Origin: Candidatus Delongbacteria bacterium
GTDB taxonomy: Bacteria > UBA4055
Assembly: GCA_016937995.1 (NCBI GenBank)
Contig: JAFGVM010000025.1
Coordinates: 1-42,517, forward strand
Direction of reading: 5' to 3'
DNA length: 42,517 nt
The translations under genes and the position numbers were made by a program. Numbering within the stretch: position 1 is the first letter of the stretch; every line of letters starts with the position of its first letter. Positions 17,796-26,784 of this stretch are shown here, piece by piece. Under the pieces are notes generated by a model. The model made no database searches and was not told the origin of the DNA. It saw only the letters and a program-made list of their open reading frames with translations.

Positions 17796-17944
17796 GTGAA
17801 ATTTGAATATTTTAAGTGAAAAATTTGTAAGAACTTAAAAATACTTCATAGATCGGTTAATAATGATACAATTTTTAGTTGCTTTTTTCACATAAATTAT
17901 GGATTTTCCTTAATCTATAATATAACTAGAATCAGCATCAAATT

Positions 17945-20900
17945 ATGACGATAATAAATCAAAGGTATGAGACTGTAAAACTGCTTGGGGAGGGAGGTTT
18001 TGGCAGTGTATACAGTGTTAAAGATACTTTTGAGCATGATAAACTTCTGGCATTAAAAAAAATCAAGACCGGTGTTATCTCCAGTAAGGCTGTAAATGTT
18101 TTTAAGCTGGAATTCAAATTTTTAACCAGTTTGATCCATCCGAATCTGGTTAAAGTTCATAATTTTGATATAGACAAAGATACCGATGAGTTATTTTTTA
18201 CAATGGAGCATATTAAAGGAAAATCGCTCAATAAATCGCTTAAAGAGAGTTTTTCCTGGGAAAAAGTGGAAAATAATCTTATTCAGTCATCCCGAGCCCT
18301 GTCATATATTCATTCAAAAGAAATTATCCATTACGATATAAAACCGGATAATATTTTTATTGATGATTACGGAAGATTAAAGTTAATGGATTTTGGTTTT
18401 GCCGGGTCAAAAAATACTACAGAAGTTAGAGGTACGATGCAGTTCATTGCACCTGAACTTATACTTAAAAAAGATGTGACCCACCAAATAGATTTCTTTT
18501 CACTTGGAGTGACTTTTTACTATAGTATATCTGGAAAGTTACCTTTCAGTGGAAAGGATAAGCAGGAAATCATAGGGAATGCAATACGTGGGAATTTCAC
18601 ACCTATAAAAAAGTTAAAACCAGACACACCGGATAAGTTGGTCAGGGTTATTAATAAATTGATGGAACCTGATCCAAAAAACAGGTATGACAATGCTGAT
18701 GAGATAATTCTTGATCTTGTTGATGATCCAAGAAAAAGATCATCAGTTCTATTTTTGTTCACCGGTCAGGGAATTAGATCATATATTTCTTCCGGAAAGC
18801 TAATCGGTAGAAAAAGTGAACTTAAGCTCTTAATGTCTAACTCTGCGAAAGTATTTCAGGAGCAGGTATTTTTTGACAATAAGCCAATATTTCTGATCGG
18901 AAGATATGGTAATGGTAAATCCTCAATTCTCAGAGAGTATAAATATTTAATTCAATTGAATGAGAATATAGATTATTTTAATGCCAATTTTGTAAGAGGA
19001 GATGAAACTAAATATCAGGCTTTCGAGATCATTATAGCTGAGATGTTCAGAGTCTATGAATTGAAAAAAGAAGATTATCCGGATCTTTCATTTATTTTTG
19101 AAAATAAGAAAGGTATTGAGGACTTCGACGACTCTTCTCAAGCAAGAATACAGAAGATAAGAGAAATTGATGCTATAACAGAATTCTTTGCGGAACTTTC
19201 TAAGCAATATAAATTTGTTCTCGAAGTAAAGGACTTCGGGAATGCAAATTCTTCATCCATTAATCTTTTCGAGAACTTGACCAGGATAATGAGAAAATAT
19301 CCTGAGCATGAAATGTCCTTTATGATAGTGACAACTGTTCAGACAGAGAATTTGAAATCATACCACAAAATTACAATAAAACGGTTAAAGCCCAATATTC
19401 ACCAATTAAGTATAGATCCTCTAAAAGCGGATGAGACTAGAGAATATATTCAAAATCTACTTCTTTCCAGGGGTTATAATAAATTTCCTGAAGAACTTCT
19501 CAGTTTTGTGCATCGTTTTACAGGAGGTGTTCCTTTTTACATTAACGAGTTATTTATATATTTGTTCTCGGAAAATTACCTATCAAGGTATAAATCAAAA
19601 TGGGTAATAAACCCGGCTTTCATGACAGAATTAAACATTGGTCTAAGAGATATAACTTACAAAAATTTTAAAAAATTCTCAAATATTGAGCAGGCAATAA
19701 TTAAGGAGCTCATGGTATTGGGAAGACCTACCCCTTATAAATACATGGATATTGTTTCAAAAGTATCAATGGTCGATAAGAAGATCATGATAAAATTTCT
19801 TCATAAATTATCAGACAGTGAAGTAATAGAGAAAATAAAATATCATGATGGTTTTAGGTACTATATAACCAGAAAATTATTTCTAAATTCTGTTGTAAAG
19901 GATTTCCCTAAAGACCAATACGCAAGATGGAACAACAGAACGGCAGAAATTTTGGAAAAAGAGTACGGTATAAGCAATGAAACTATTTATGCCCTTACTG
20001 ATTACTATTACAGAAGTCCACAAAAGGACAAAGCTATTGAAATGCTTAAACTGGCTATAAACAAATCTTCTGAAGAGAACAACCTGGAGTTTGCAGTAAC
20101 CAACCTGAAGAGGCTTCTTGCAATTGAAACTGACCCGAAGAACAAGATCAATATTTTCATATCGATGATCCAGAATCTATCAATAATCGGAAATTATTCC
20201 AATGTTCTGGATATGATAAATAAATTTGAAGGTGAAGACCATATTCTTACAGCTGTAAATAAATTGAATATTGATCTTATTAAATTTGACTCTTCATTTA
20301 AAGCAGGAAGGTATGATCTGCTTGAGAAAACAAGATCTTCCTTAAGTGATGTAAAGCTTAAAGGAAGAATCCCTAAAGAAATAAAAGCTTCCTATTTAAC
20401 CTGGCTTGGTGATTATCATAAAAATGATGGAAGCCTGGGTAAAGCATTAAGGTATTACAATAAAGCATATAAACTTCATAAGTCAGCAAAACGTGAACTG
20501 CTGAAATCGAAAGTGATGCTCAAGATATCAAAGATAAAAATAATTCAAGGCGAAACGAAACTATTACTTGATCAGATAAAAGAGATCCTGGAGATTTTCA
20601 AAAGATATAATGAAATTGACCTTATACTTGAGACCTACTACACTCTTGGAGATTTATACAAACAAATAAATGAGTATGACAAATCTCTGAATTCCTATAA
20701 CGATTGTAATATTTTAGCCAAAGAGCAGAACAATATAGTTCATGAGGTCAAATCTTCTCATAAATTGGCAGATTTCAAGATCGAATCTCTGCAATATAAT
20801 GATGCTTTATCACTTATAAACTGCGGTGTTGAAAAACCTGAAGATATAAACATTGTAGATCTTTCAGGAGATATATACTTTTACCGTTCAATGGTCAATT

Positions 20901-21640
20901 ATCAAATCGGTAATCTGGAAGAAGCACTGGAGAATATCAATAAATGTATAAACCTGAGAACTCTGCTGAAAAGAAATGCGAAACTGTATGATGCCATGAT
21001 CCATAAAGGTAAAATTCATATCCGTCAATGCAGATACAGTGATGCAAAAATAATACTGGACCTTCTGAGCAATAAAATTTCAAGAGAAAATAAGAGATTT
21101 ATGGTCAAATATTTTACTCTTGAATCTTTAATACTTATCGGTGAAAAAAAATATAAGAAAGCTGTTAATTTAATAGTTCGTGCAGAGAAAATTATTGAAA
21201 AGATAGGAAATCTGACAGAAAAAATTTCACTAAAGATCATACTTGCTTCAACTTATGATAAGATGGGAGATTTTAACAATACTCTGGGCACAATAGGAAC
21301 CGCATACGCTTTATTTATTCAGAACAAAGATGCATTGCTGCCAAACAGGATACTGAATCTTAAACTGATGATCTTTTATAACAAGGTAAAAGCATACGCG
21401 GGAGCTCATGAAGATGGTATTCGTGAAATGTCAGGAATTATTCAGATGATCGGAAATTATAAGATCCCGTTCTACAAAGCAGTTGTGAACTATAACCTTG
21501 GTAATATCTATTATGATACGAACGAAACTTATAGAGCAATCGCATGTTATAAAGTGGCAGTAAGAGAATATGAGAAACTTTCTAAAAATTATCCGGAATT
21601 AAAAAAAATGAACGATATTATTAAGAAAGAAGAAGGATAA
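17945..21640 (+). CDS. Ser/Thr protein kinase - STAND (AAA_16-like) NTPase - TPR protein
   Basis: Hanks motifs GEGGFGSV, ALKK, HYDIKPDN, DFG, GTMQFIAPE; then 'LIGRKSEL', Walker A 'GRYGNGKS', GxP 'TGGVPFYINE'; C-terminal TPR-like helical repeats. Confidence 0.88.
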   Translation: MTIINQRYETVKLLGEGGFGSVYSVKDTFEHDKLLALKKIKTGVISSKAVNVFKLEFKFLTSLIHPNLVKVHNFDIDKDTDELFFTMEHIKGKSLNKSLKESFSWEKVENNLIQSSRALSYIHSKEIIHYDIKPDNIFIDDYGRLKLMDFGFAGSKNTTEVRGTMQFIAPELILKKDVTHQIDFFSLGVTFYYSISGKLPFSGKDKQEIIGNAIRGNFTPIKKLKPDTPDKLVRVINKLMEPDPKNRYDNADEIILDLVDDPRKRSSVLFLFTGQGIRSYISSGKLIGRKSELKLLMSNSAKVFQEQVFFDNKPIFLIGRYGNGKSSILREYKYLIQLNENIDYFNANFVRGDETKYQAFEIIIAEMFRVYELKKEDYPDLSFIFENKKGIEDFDDSSQARIQKIREIDAITEFFAELSKQYKFVLEVKDFGNANSSSINLFENLTRIMRKYPEHEMSFMIVTTVQTENLKSYHKITIKRLKPNIHQLSIDPLKADETREYIQNLLLSRGYNKFPEELLSFVHRFTGGVPFYINELFIYLFSENYLSRYKSKWVINPAFMTELNIGLRDITYKNFKKFSNIEQAIIKELMVLGRPTPYKYMDIVSKVSMVDKKIMIKFLHKLSDSEVIEKIKYHDGFRYYITRKLFLNSVVKDFPKDQYARWNNRTAEILEKEYGISNETIYALTDYYYRSPQKDKAIEMLKLAINKSSEENNLEFAVTNLKRLLAIETDPKNKINIFISMIQNLSIIGNYSNVLDMINKFEGEDHILTAVNKLNIDLIKFDSSFKAGRYDLLEKTRSSLSDVKLKGRIPKEIKASYLTWLGDYHKNDGSLGKALRYYNKAYKLHKSAKRELLKSKVMLKISKIKIIQGETKLLLDQIKEILEIFKRYNEIDLILETYYTLGDLYKQINEYDKSLNSYNDCNILAKEQNNIVHEVKSSHKLADFKIESLQYNDALSLINCGVEKPEDINIVDLSGDIYFYRSMVNYQIGNLEEALENINKCINLRTLLKRNAKLYDAMIHKGKIHIRQCRYSDAKIILDLLSNKISRENKRFMVKYFTLESLILIGEKKYKKAVNLIVRAEKIIEKIGNLTEKISLKIILASTYDKMGDFNNTLGTIGTAYALFIQNKDALLPNRILNLKLMIFYNKVKAYAGAHEDGIREMSGIIQMIGNYKIPFYKAVVNYNLGNIYYDTNETYRAIACYKVAVREYEKLSKNYPELKKMNDIIKKEEG

Positions 21641-21698
21641 ACAGCTTCAATATCAATAATTAATGTTCACAATAGCGAAGTAAAACCAACTTAATTTT

Positions 21699-24600
21699 AT
21701 GAAATTTGAAAAAATATTTACACAAAGAATAAAACGGCTTTCATTACTGATAGTATCAAAGGATATCGTAGATAAAGCTGTCAGATCTTTTTTAATAATA
21801 ACATTATCAATTTTTGTCATTTCTCTAATAGAATTGTTCTATAACATGAACAGTTCATACAGAACTATCATAGTAATAATCACAATAGCGTTATTGTTAT
21901 TGCAATTTCTGCTTATATTTGTAGAAATTTTTAGAAAGAGTGTTCCCTTGATCTCTAATGATAGAGAAAAATACATAAAACTGGACAGTATGTTCCCGGA
22001 TTGTAATTATCTTTTTTTGTTCGATCTTCTCCAACTTAGAAAGGAAAATAAGAATAATGATTACTCCCTTATTGAAAATGCGATCTCATATCATGAGATT
22101 AAGTATAATTCTGTTATAACACCGAAAATATTCGATAAGAATTTTATAATCCGGCATTTATTTATTCCGATACTGATCATAGTGTCATTAACTTCGATTT
22201 TCAGGATCGAACCAATTAATAACTCTATAACAAGATTGATGAATTTTAAAACCGAATTCAAAAACCCATCATCTCATTTTTTACACCTCTTTGAAAAGAA
22301 TACTAAAATTGTACAGGGGGATGAATTATTATTATCCTGTCAAGTCTCAGGGAAATTACCTGATCAGCTTAAGATCCATAAAAGACCCTTAAATTCAAAA
22401 GATTTTACTTCACTGAATATATACCTTTCGGATACTACAGCAACTTTCAGAGAAAGATCTTCACAAAGTTTTTACTATTTCTTCTCTTCCGAGGAAACCA
22501 CTTCTGACACAGGATTCGTTCAGGTATTAAAAAGACCTGAATTGACCAATGTTAAGATGGTCGTTGATTTCCCATCGTATACGAAATTAAAAAGTGAAGA
22601 ATATCAAAATTTTATTGGTCCGGTCACGGTAATGAAAGGAAGTGATATAACTTTTTTCCTGGAACCTTCGTTTGAAGTTGATTCATTGAAAATTTTTGCA
22701 AATGTAGAAAATAAAGTATTTTCAAAAAAAATGAATCATACCGAAATTGGTTATACTACTATTGAACAAAAATTATTTTCTGATACAGAATTTTACTTTA
22801 AACTATACTACTCTTCTGATTCATTGTTGATAGAGAATGTTAACCCTATAATTTACCGTATAAACATACTGAATGATACATATCCAACAGTGAATTTAAT
22901 ACTTCCTGAAGATAATTTTAAACTGGATGAAAATTTAAAATTTCCTGTTTTTGCGACAGCATTTGATGATTTTTCTGTTAGATCAGTATACCTATACTAC
23001 AGAAAAATACCGTTTTTTGAAGATAACTTGAAAAATAATTTCACATTCAGCTATGAAAAAATTACGTATGATCAAAAATCGGATGGTGTTTGTGTTGTTA
23101 ATACAGTTAGATCAATAAATGACTTGAATTTATTACCTGAGGATAAGGTAGAAATTTTCTTGAGGGTTTACGATAATGATATGGTATCAGGTCCTAAGTT
23201 CAGTGATTCCAGACACATTTTTCTTTTACTGCCATCGTTAGAACAACTTTTTGAAGAAACAGCAAATAATTATGAACAGCAAAGTAAAAATATAGAGAAA
23301 GAGAAATTAAGAGATGAAAAGATAAGAGAAACTATTGAACAGTTAACACAAAAATTAAGAAAAGAAAATACTGTTGAGTGGAAAGATCAAAAAGAATTAA
23401 AAAAAATAGCTGAAGAACAGAATTTAATGATGGAGAATATCAAAGACATAGAAAAACAAATAGAGCAGAATATTGAACTTCTGGATAATAATACAATTCT
23501 GAGCACAGAAACACTGAAAAAATATAAACAATTAAAGACTATGGTTAGTGAATTATTCACAAAGGATATGAAAGATAAACTGGAAAAATTATCTGAGCTT
23601 TCACAAAAAACAGATCTGGATCAAAGTGAAATGAATGAACTGTTAAATAATTTTGAAAAACAGCAGGAAGAATTTAAAAATGGATTAGATAAAACACTTG
23701 AAATATTAAAACAGATAAAACAGGAATATCAGCTAGACAGGTTAATAAAATTAGCTGAAGAAATGATCAAAGACCAGATCTCTGTAAATGAAAAAATAGA
23801 AGAAATGAGTATCCATAAAGATCAAATAATCCATGATGAATCTAAGATACAGAGCTCTTTCGAATTATTGAGAAATGAAATAAGCTCTTTTCAGAAAGAT
23901 ATGGAGTCCGAATTTCCGGTTAAAGATCTAAAAGAACTGGCAGATAAAGTGAATTCTGATACAATACCGCAAGAATTTTCAGAATTAAATAAAGGTATTA
24001 ACCAGGGTAAAAAACAAGAAGCCGGAGATCATGGAGAGAAGTTAAGAGATAACTTTCTTGAAATTAAAAACATGCTAACTTCTGTAAAAGACAAGATGGT
24101 CGAAAAGAAAAAGGATGATATAAGCAATGTATTAGACCAGATAATCGATGAACTACTGTTCATTTCCGGAGAGATAGAAGAAATTAAGAATTACTCCAGA
24201 CATTTGGCTTATAATTCAACACATGCAGTAGAACTGATCAGAAGAAATGCGGAAATTGAAAATCTATTCAAGCAGGTAAATAAAAATATATTTAACATTG
24301 CAAAACAAACATTTTTTATAGATAATACTATTATAGCAAATATTGGAAGGATACTTGAGCAGTTTGAAACTATTTCAAGGATCCTAGAAAATCGACATTT
24401 TTCCCTGTCCACAGACAGTCATAAATATATAATGGGTAATGTAAATAAGCTGATAGTACTCCTTGCCAAAGCAAAAGAAAATGTTAACAATTCTAAGTCT
24501 GCTTCAGGATTGGAAGAGATGTTGAAAAAAATGGAAGAGCTTGCTGCAATGCAGTCAAGTTTAAATTCCGATAGTCAGAATACTATGCAGATGGGAAAAT

Positions 24601-25199
24601 CTGGAGAAAGTTCATTGTCCAAAATGCAGGAAATGATGAATAAATTAGCTCAACAACAGATGCAATTATCTGAGTTATTATCAAAAATGAAATCCGATAT
24701 GGGTATGCCTCAAAGCGGTGAGAATGGTAAGCCCGGCTCAGAAGGAAGTCCCGGGAATTCCGGGATGCCTAGTATACCTGGAGATCAAGGTATGCCGGGA
24801 CAGGGAAATTCGGGGAAAAACGGAAAAGGTTCCAATCCTGATCCAAATGGTAACGGTGATCCAGTGAATTCAGCACTTGGAAAGAAACTCGGTGGTATTG
24901 GCAAATCAATGAATGACGTAGCGAATGAATTGAAAAATAGAAAGCTGGATGAATCAGTATTGAACAAACAGAAGCAGATACTAAATAAGTTATTAGATGC
25001 TATTGAATCGACCAGAAGAGAAAAATACTCAAATAAAAGAGAAAGTAAAGGCAGCGATAAATACGCGATCGATCCGGGAGAGCTTGAATTGAACTTCAAG
25101 AACACATTACGCGAAAATCTTATCAGGTCCTTAAAAGATGATTACAGGAATGATTACAAGGTTAAAATAAAAAAATACTTCAAGGAATTGGAATACTAG
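21699..25199 (+). CDS. Large membrane-anchored DUF4175-like protein (beta domains plus long coiled coil)
   Basis: N-terminal TM helices; 'VDFPSYTKL', 'DTYPTVNL', 'AFDDFSV', 'YDNDMVSGPK'; Q/E/K-rich coiled coil; G/P-rich segment; terminal 'DYKVKIKKYFKEL'. Confidence 0.7.
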   Translation: MKFEKIFTQRIKRLSLLIVSKDIVDKAVRSFLIITLSIFVISLIELFYNMNSSYRTIIVIITIALLLLQFLLIFVEIFRKSVPLISNDREKYIKLDSMFPDCNYLFLFDLLQLRKENKNNDYSLIENAISYHEIKYNSVITPKIFDKNFIIRHLFIPILIIVSLTSIFRIEPINNSITRLMNFKTEFKNPSSHFLHLFEKNTKIVQGDELLLSCQVSGKLPDQLKIHKRPLNSKDFTSLNIYLSDTTATFRERSSQSFYYFFSSEETTSDTGFVQVLKRPELTNVKMVVDFPSYTKLKSEEYQNFIGPVTVMKGSDITFFLEPSFEVDSLKIFANVENKVFSKKMNHTEIGYTTIEQKLFSDTEFYFKLYYSSDSLLIENVNPIIYRINILNDTYPTVNLILPEDNFKLDENLKFPVFATAFDDFSVRSVYLYYRKIPFFEDNLKNNFTFSYEKITYDQKSDGVCVVNTVRSINDLNLLPEDKVEIFLRVYDNDMVSGPKFSDSRHIFLLLPSLEQLFEETANNYEQQSKNIEKEKLRDEKIRETIEQLTQKLRKENTVEWKDQKELKKIAEEQNLMMENIKDIEKQIEQNIELLDNNTILSTETLKKYKQLKTMVSELFTKDMKDKLEKLSELSQKTDLDQSEMNELLNNFEKQQEEFKNGLDKTLEILKQIKQEYQLDRLIKLAEEMIKDQISVNEKIEEMSIHKDQIIHDESKIQSSFELLRNEISSFQKDMESEFPVKDLKELADKVNSDTIPQEFSELNKGINQGKKQEAGDHGEKLRDNFLEIKNMLTSVKDKMVEKKKDDISNVLDQIIDELLFISGEIEEIKNYSRHLAYNSTHAVELIRRNAEIENLFKQVNKNIFNIAKQTFFIDNTIIANIGRILEQFETISRILENRHFSLSTDSHKYIMGNVNKLIVLLAKAKENVNNSKSASGLEEMLKKMEELAAMQSSLNSDSQNTMQMGKSGESSLSKMQEMMNKLAQQQMQLSELLSKMKSDMGMPQSGENGKPGSEGSPGNSGMPSIPGDQGMPGQGNSGKNGKGSNPDPNGNGDPVNSALGKKLGGIGKSMNDVANELKNRKLDESVLNKQKQILNKLLDAIESTRREKYSNKRESKGSDKYAIDPGELELNFKNTLRENLIRSLKDDYRNDYKVKIKKYFKELEY

Positions 25200-25222
25200 C
25201 CTATAATTTTTGGAGGTAAATT

Positions 25223-26767
25223 ATGAAAAAATTTATTTTTTTATTGATCGTCACACTTATTTTTCTTTCATGCTCAAAAGCAGGATCAGAAAAGTATACT
25301 TTACTAACTGTTAATTCAATGAACGGACAGATTTTTCCAAAGGTAAAAAATAATATAAAATTCGGTGGGTTCAGTCTGTTATCCTCAAATGTAAAAAAGA
25401 TCAGGAGCGATAAAATAAATGGAGAGGTAATTTTATTGGGAAATTCAAACTTCATTTACGGGGAAGTTGAAACTTATTTTACTTCTGGAAAAGCTGTTAT
25501 CGATCTTATGAATGAAATCGGGTTTAACTGTATGGTCATCGGACACAGAGAATTTTATTTTGGTTTTGATGTATTGGAATCACTATCAAAAAGAGCTAAA
25601 TTCCCGTTTATTTCTGCAAATATTGTGAAAAAGGACAGCAGTAGATTCGATTTTATCAAACCTTATTATATCATGCCTGACAATAAAACTGCTATCATTG
25701 GTATCAGCTCATTAAAAGTTATAAAAGCTAATTTAGAAAAAGATATTAGTGAAATATTATTGCTCGATCCTTCAGAATCTTTAGCCAAGTATAGCAAGTT
25801 GCTGAGGAAGAAGGGTATCAATAAAATAATAGCAGTGGGTGATTTTATGTGTGTTGCCGAAGGTGATAAATCCTTAAAGAATTATCAATTTTCTGAAATA
25901 ATAGAGAATAGTGACATTGACGTACTTATAGGTACTTCAAATGAAAAAGACAGAATGGATACTAACTGCATTTGTAATACGATTAAGTCCATTAAATTAC
26001 TCTCATCAGACATAGATGGTAATGAAATGCTGCTCTACAGTTATAACTTGAAAACAGGAATTGAAGAGTCTCAAATTTTCAAGATAAATTCAAATAACAG
26101 TGAACCGGACAAAGAATTATCCCGGACATTACATGAGCTAAATGAGCTTGTTAAAGAAACAGCTGGTCAGGTTCTAGGAATTTCAGAGGATGAGATATCA
26201 CATTTGGAAGGGAACTTGTTTAACAGAGAGTCATACTTGGGTGATCTGATCAGTGATATTATTCGTGAATATACGAATACTGATATTATGCTGCTCAACA
26301 GCGGAAAAGTAAGGAACGGATTTAGTAAAGGTCCGATCACTCTAATGGATCTTTATAACATACTTCCGTATGAAGGAACGGTAGTAAAAGTATCGATGAC
26401 AGGGAAGCAACTATTACGGGTTCTAGAAAGCAGCTGTGCTTTAAAAATGAGTAAAAGTTTCTTGCAAGTATCAGGTATAAAGTTTAAATTCGATCTTAGC
26501 AAAAATATTTACAAAAGAGTACTTGCAGAAAGTGTTATTATCGGTGGTGAGAAATTGCAACCTGAAAAAAAATATTCAGTATCCTTAACCAAGTATATAT
26601 TTGACGGTGGAGATCAATATTCAGAATTTTCAGATATGGGTATAGAACTTGAAATGGTATTTCAAAAACAGATGAGAGAAATAATTAAGCAATACATCCA
26701 ATCAAACAAGACCATAAGGATACATGAAAATAGCAGGATAACAGAAATAAATGATTATAAATTATAG
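25223..26767 (+). CDS. 5'-nucleotidase (UshA-like) lipoprotein with degenerate metal-binding site
   Basis: Lipobox FLS-C17; 'AKFPFISANI', 'IKPYYI'; C-terminal domain 'RESYLGDLISD', 'NSGKVR', 'ILPYE', 'QVSGI', 'GGDQY'; catalytic motifs substituted. Confidence 0.85.
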   Translation: MKKFIFLLIVTLIFLSCSKAGSEKYTLLTVNSMNGQIFPKVKNNIKFGGFSLLSSNVKKIRSDKINGEVILLGNSNFIYGEVETYFTSGKAVIDLMNEIGFNCMVIGHREFYFGFDVLESLSKRAKFPFISANIVKKDSSRFDFIKPYYIMPDNKTAIIGISSLKVIKANLEKDISEILLLDPSESLAKYSKLLRKKGINKIIAVGDFMCVAEGDKSLKNYQFSEIIENSDIDVLIGTSNEKDRMDTNCICNTIKSIKLLSSDIDGNEMLLYSYNLKTGIEESQIFKINSNNSEPDKELSRTLHELNELVKETAGQVLGISEDEISHLEGNLFNRESYLGDLISDIIREYTNTDIMLLNSGKVRNGFSKGPITLMDLYNILPYEGTVVKVSMTGKQLLRVLESSCALKMSKSFLQVSGIKFKFDLSKNIYKRVLAESVIIGGEKLQPEKKYSVSLTKYIFDGGDQYSEFSDMGIELEMVFQKQMREIIKQYIQSNKTIRIHENSRITEINDYKL

Positions 26768-26784
26768 CGACTGAGTTTTTTAAT

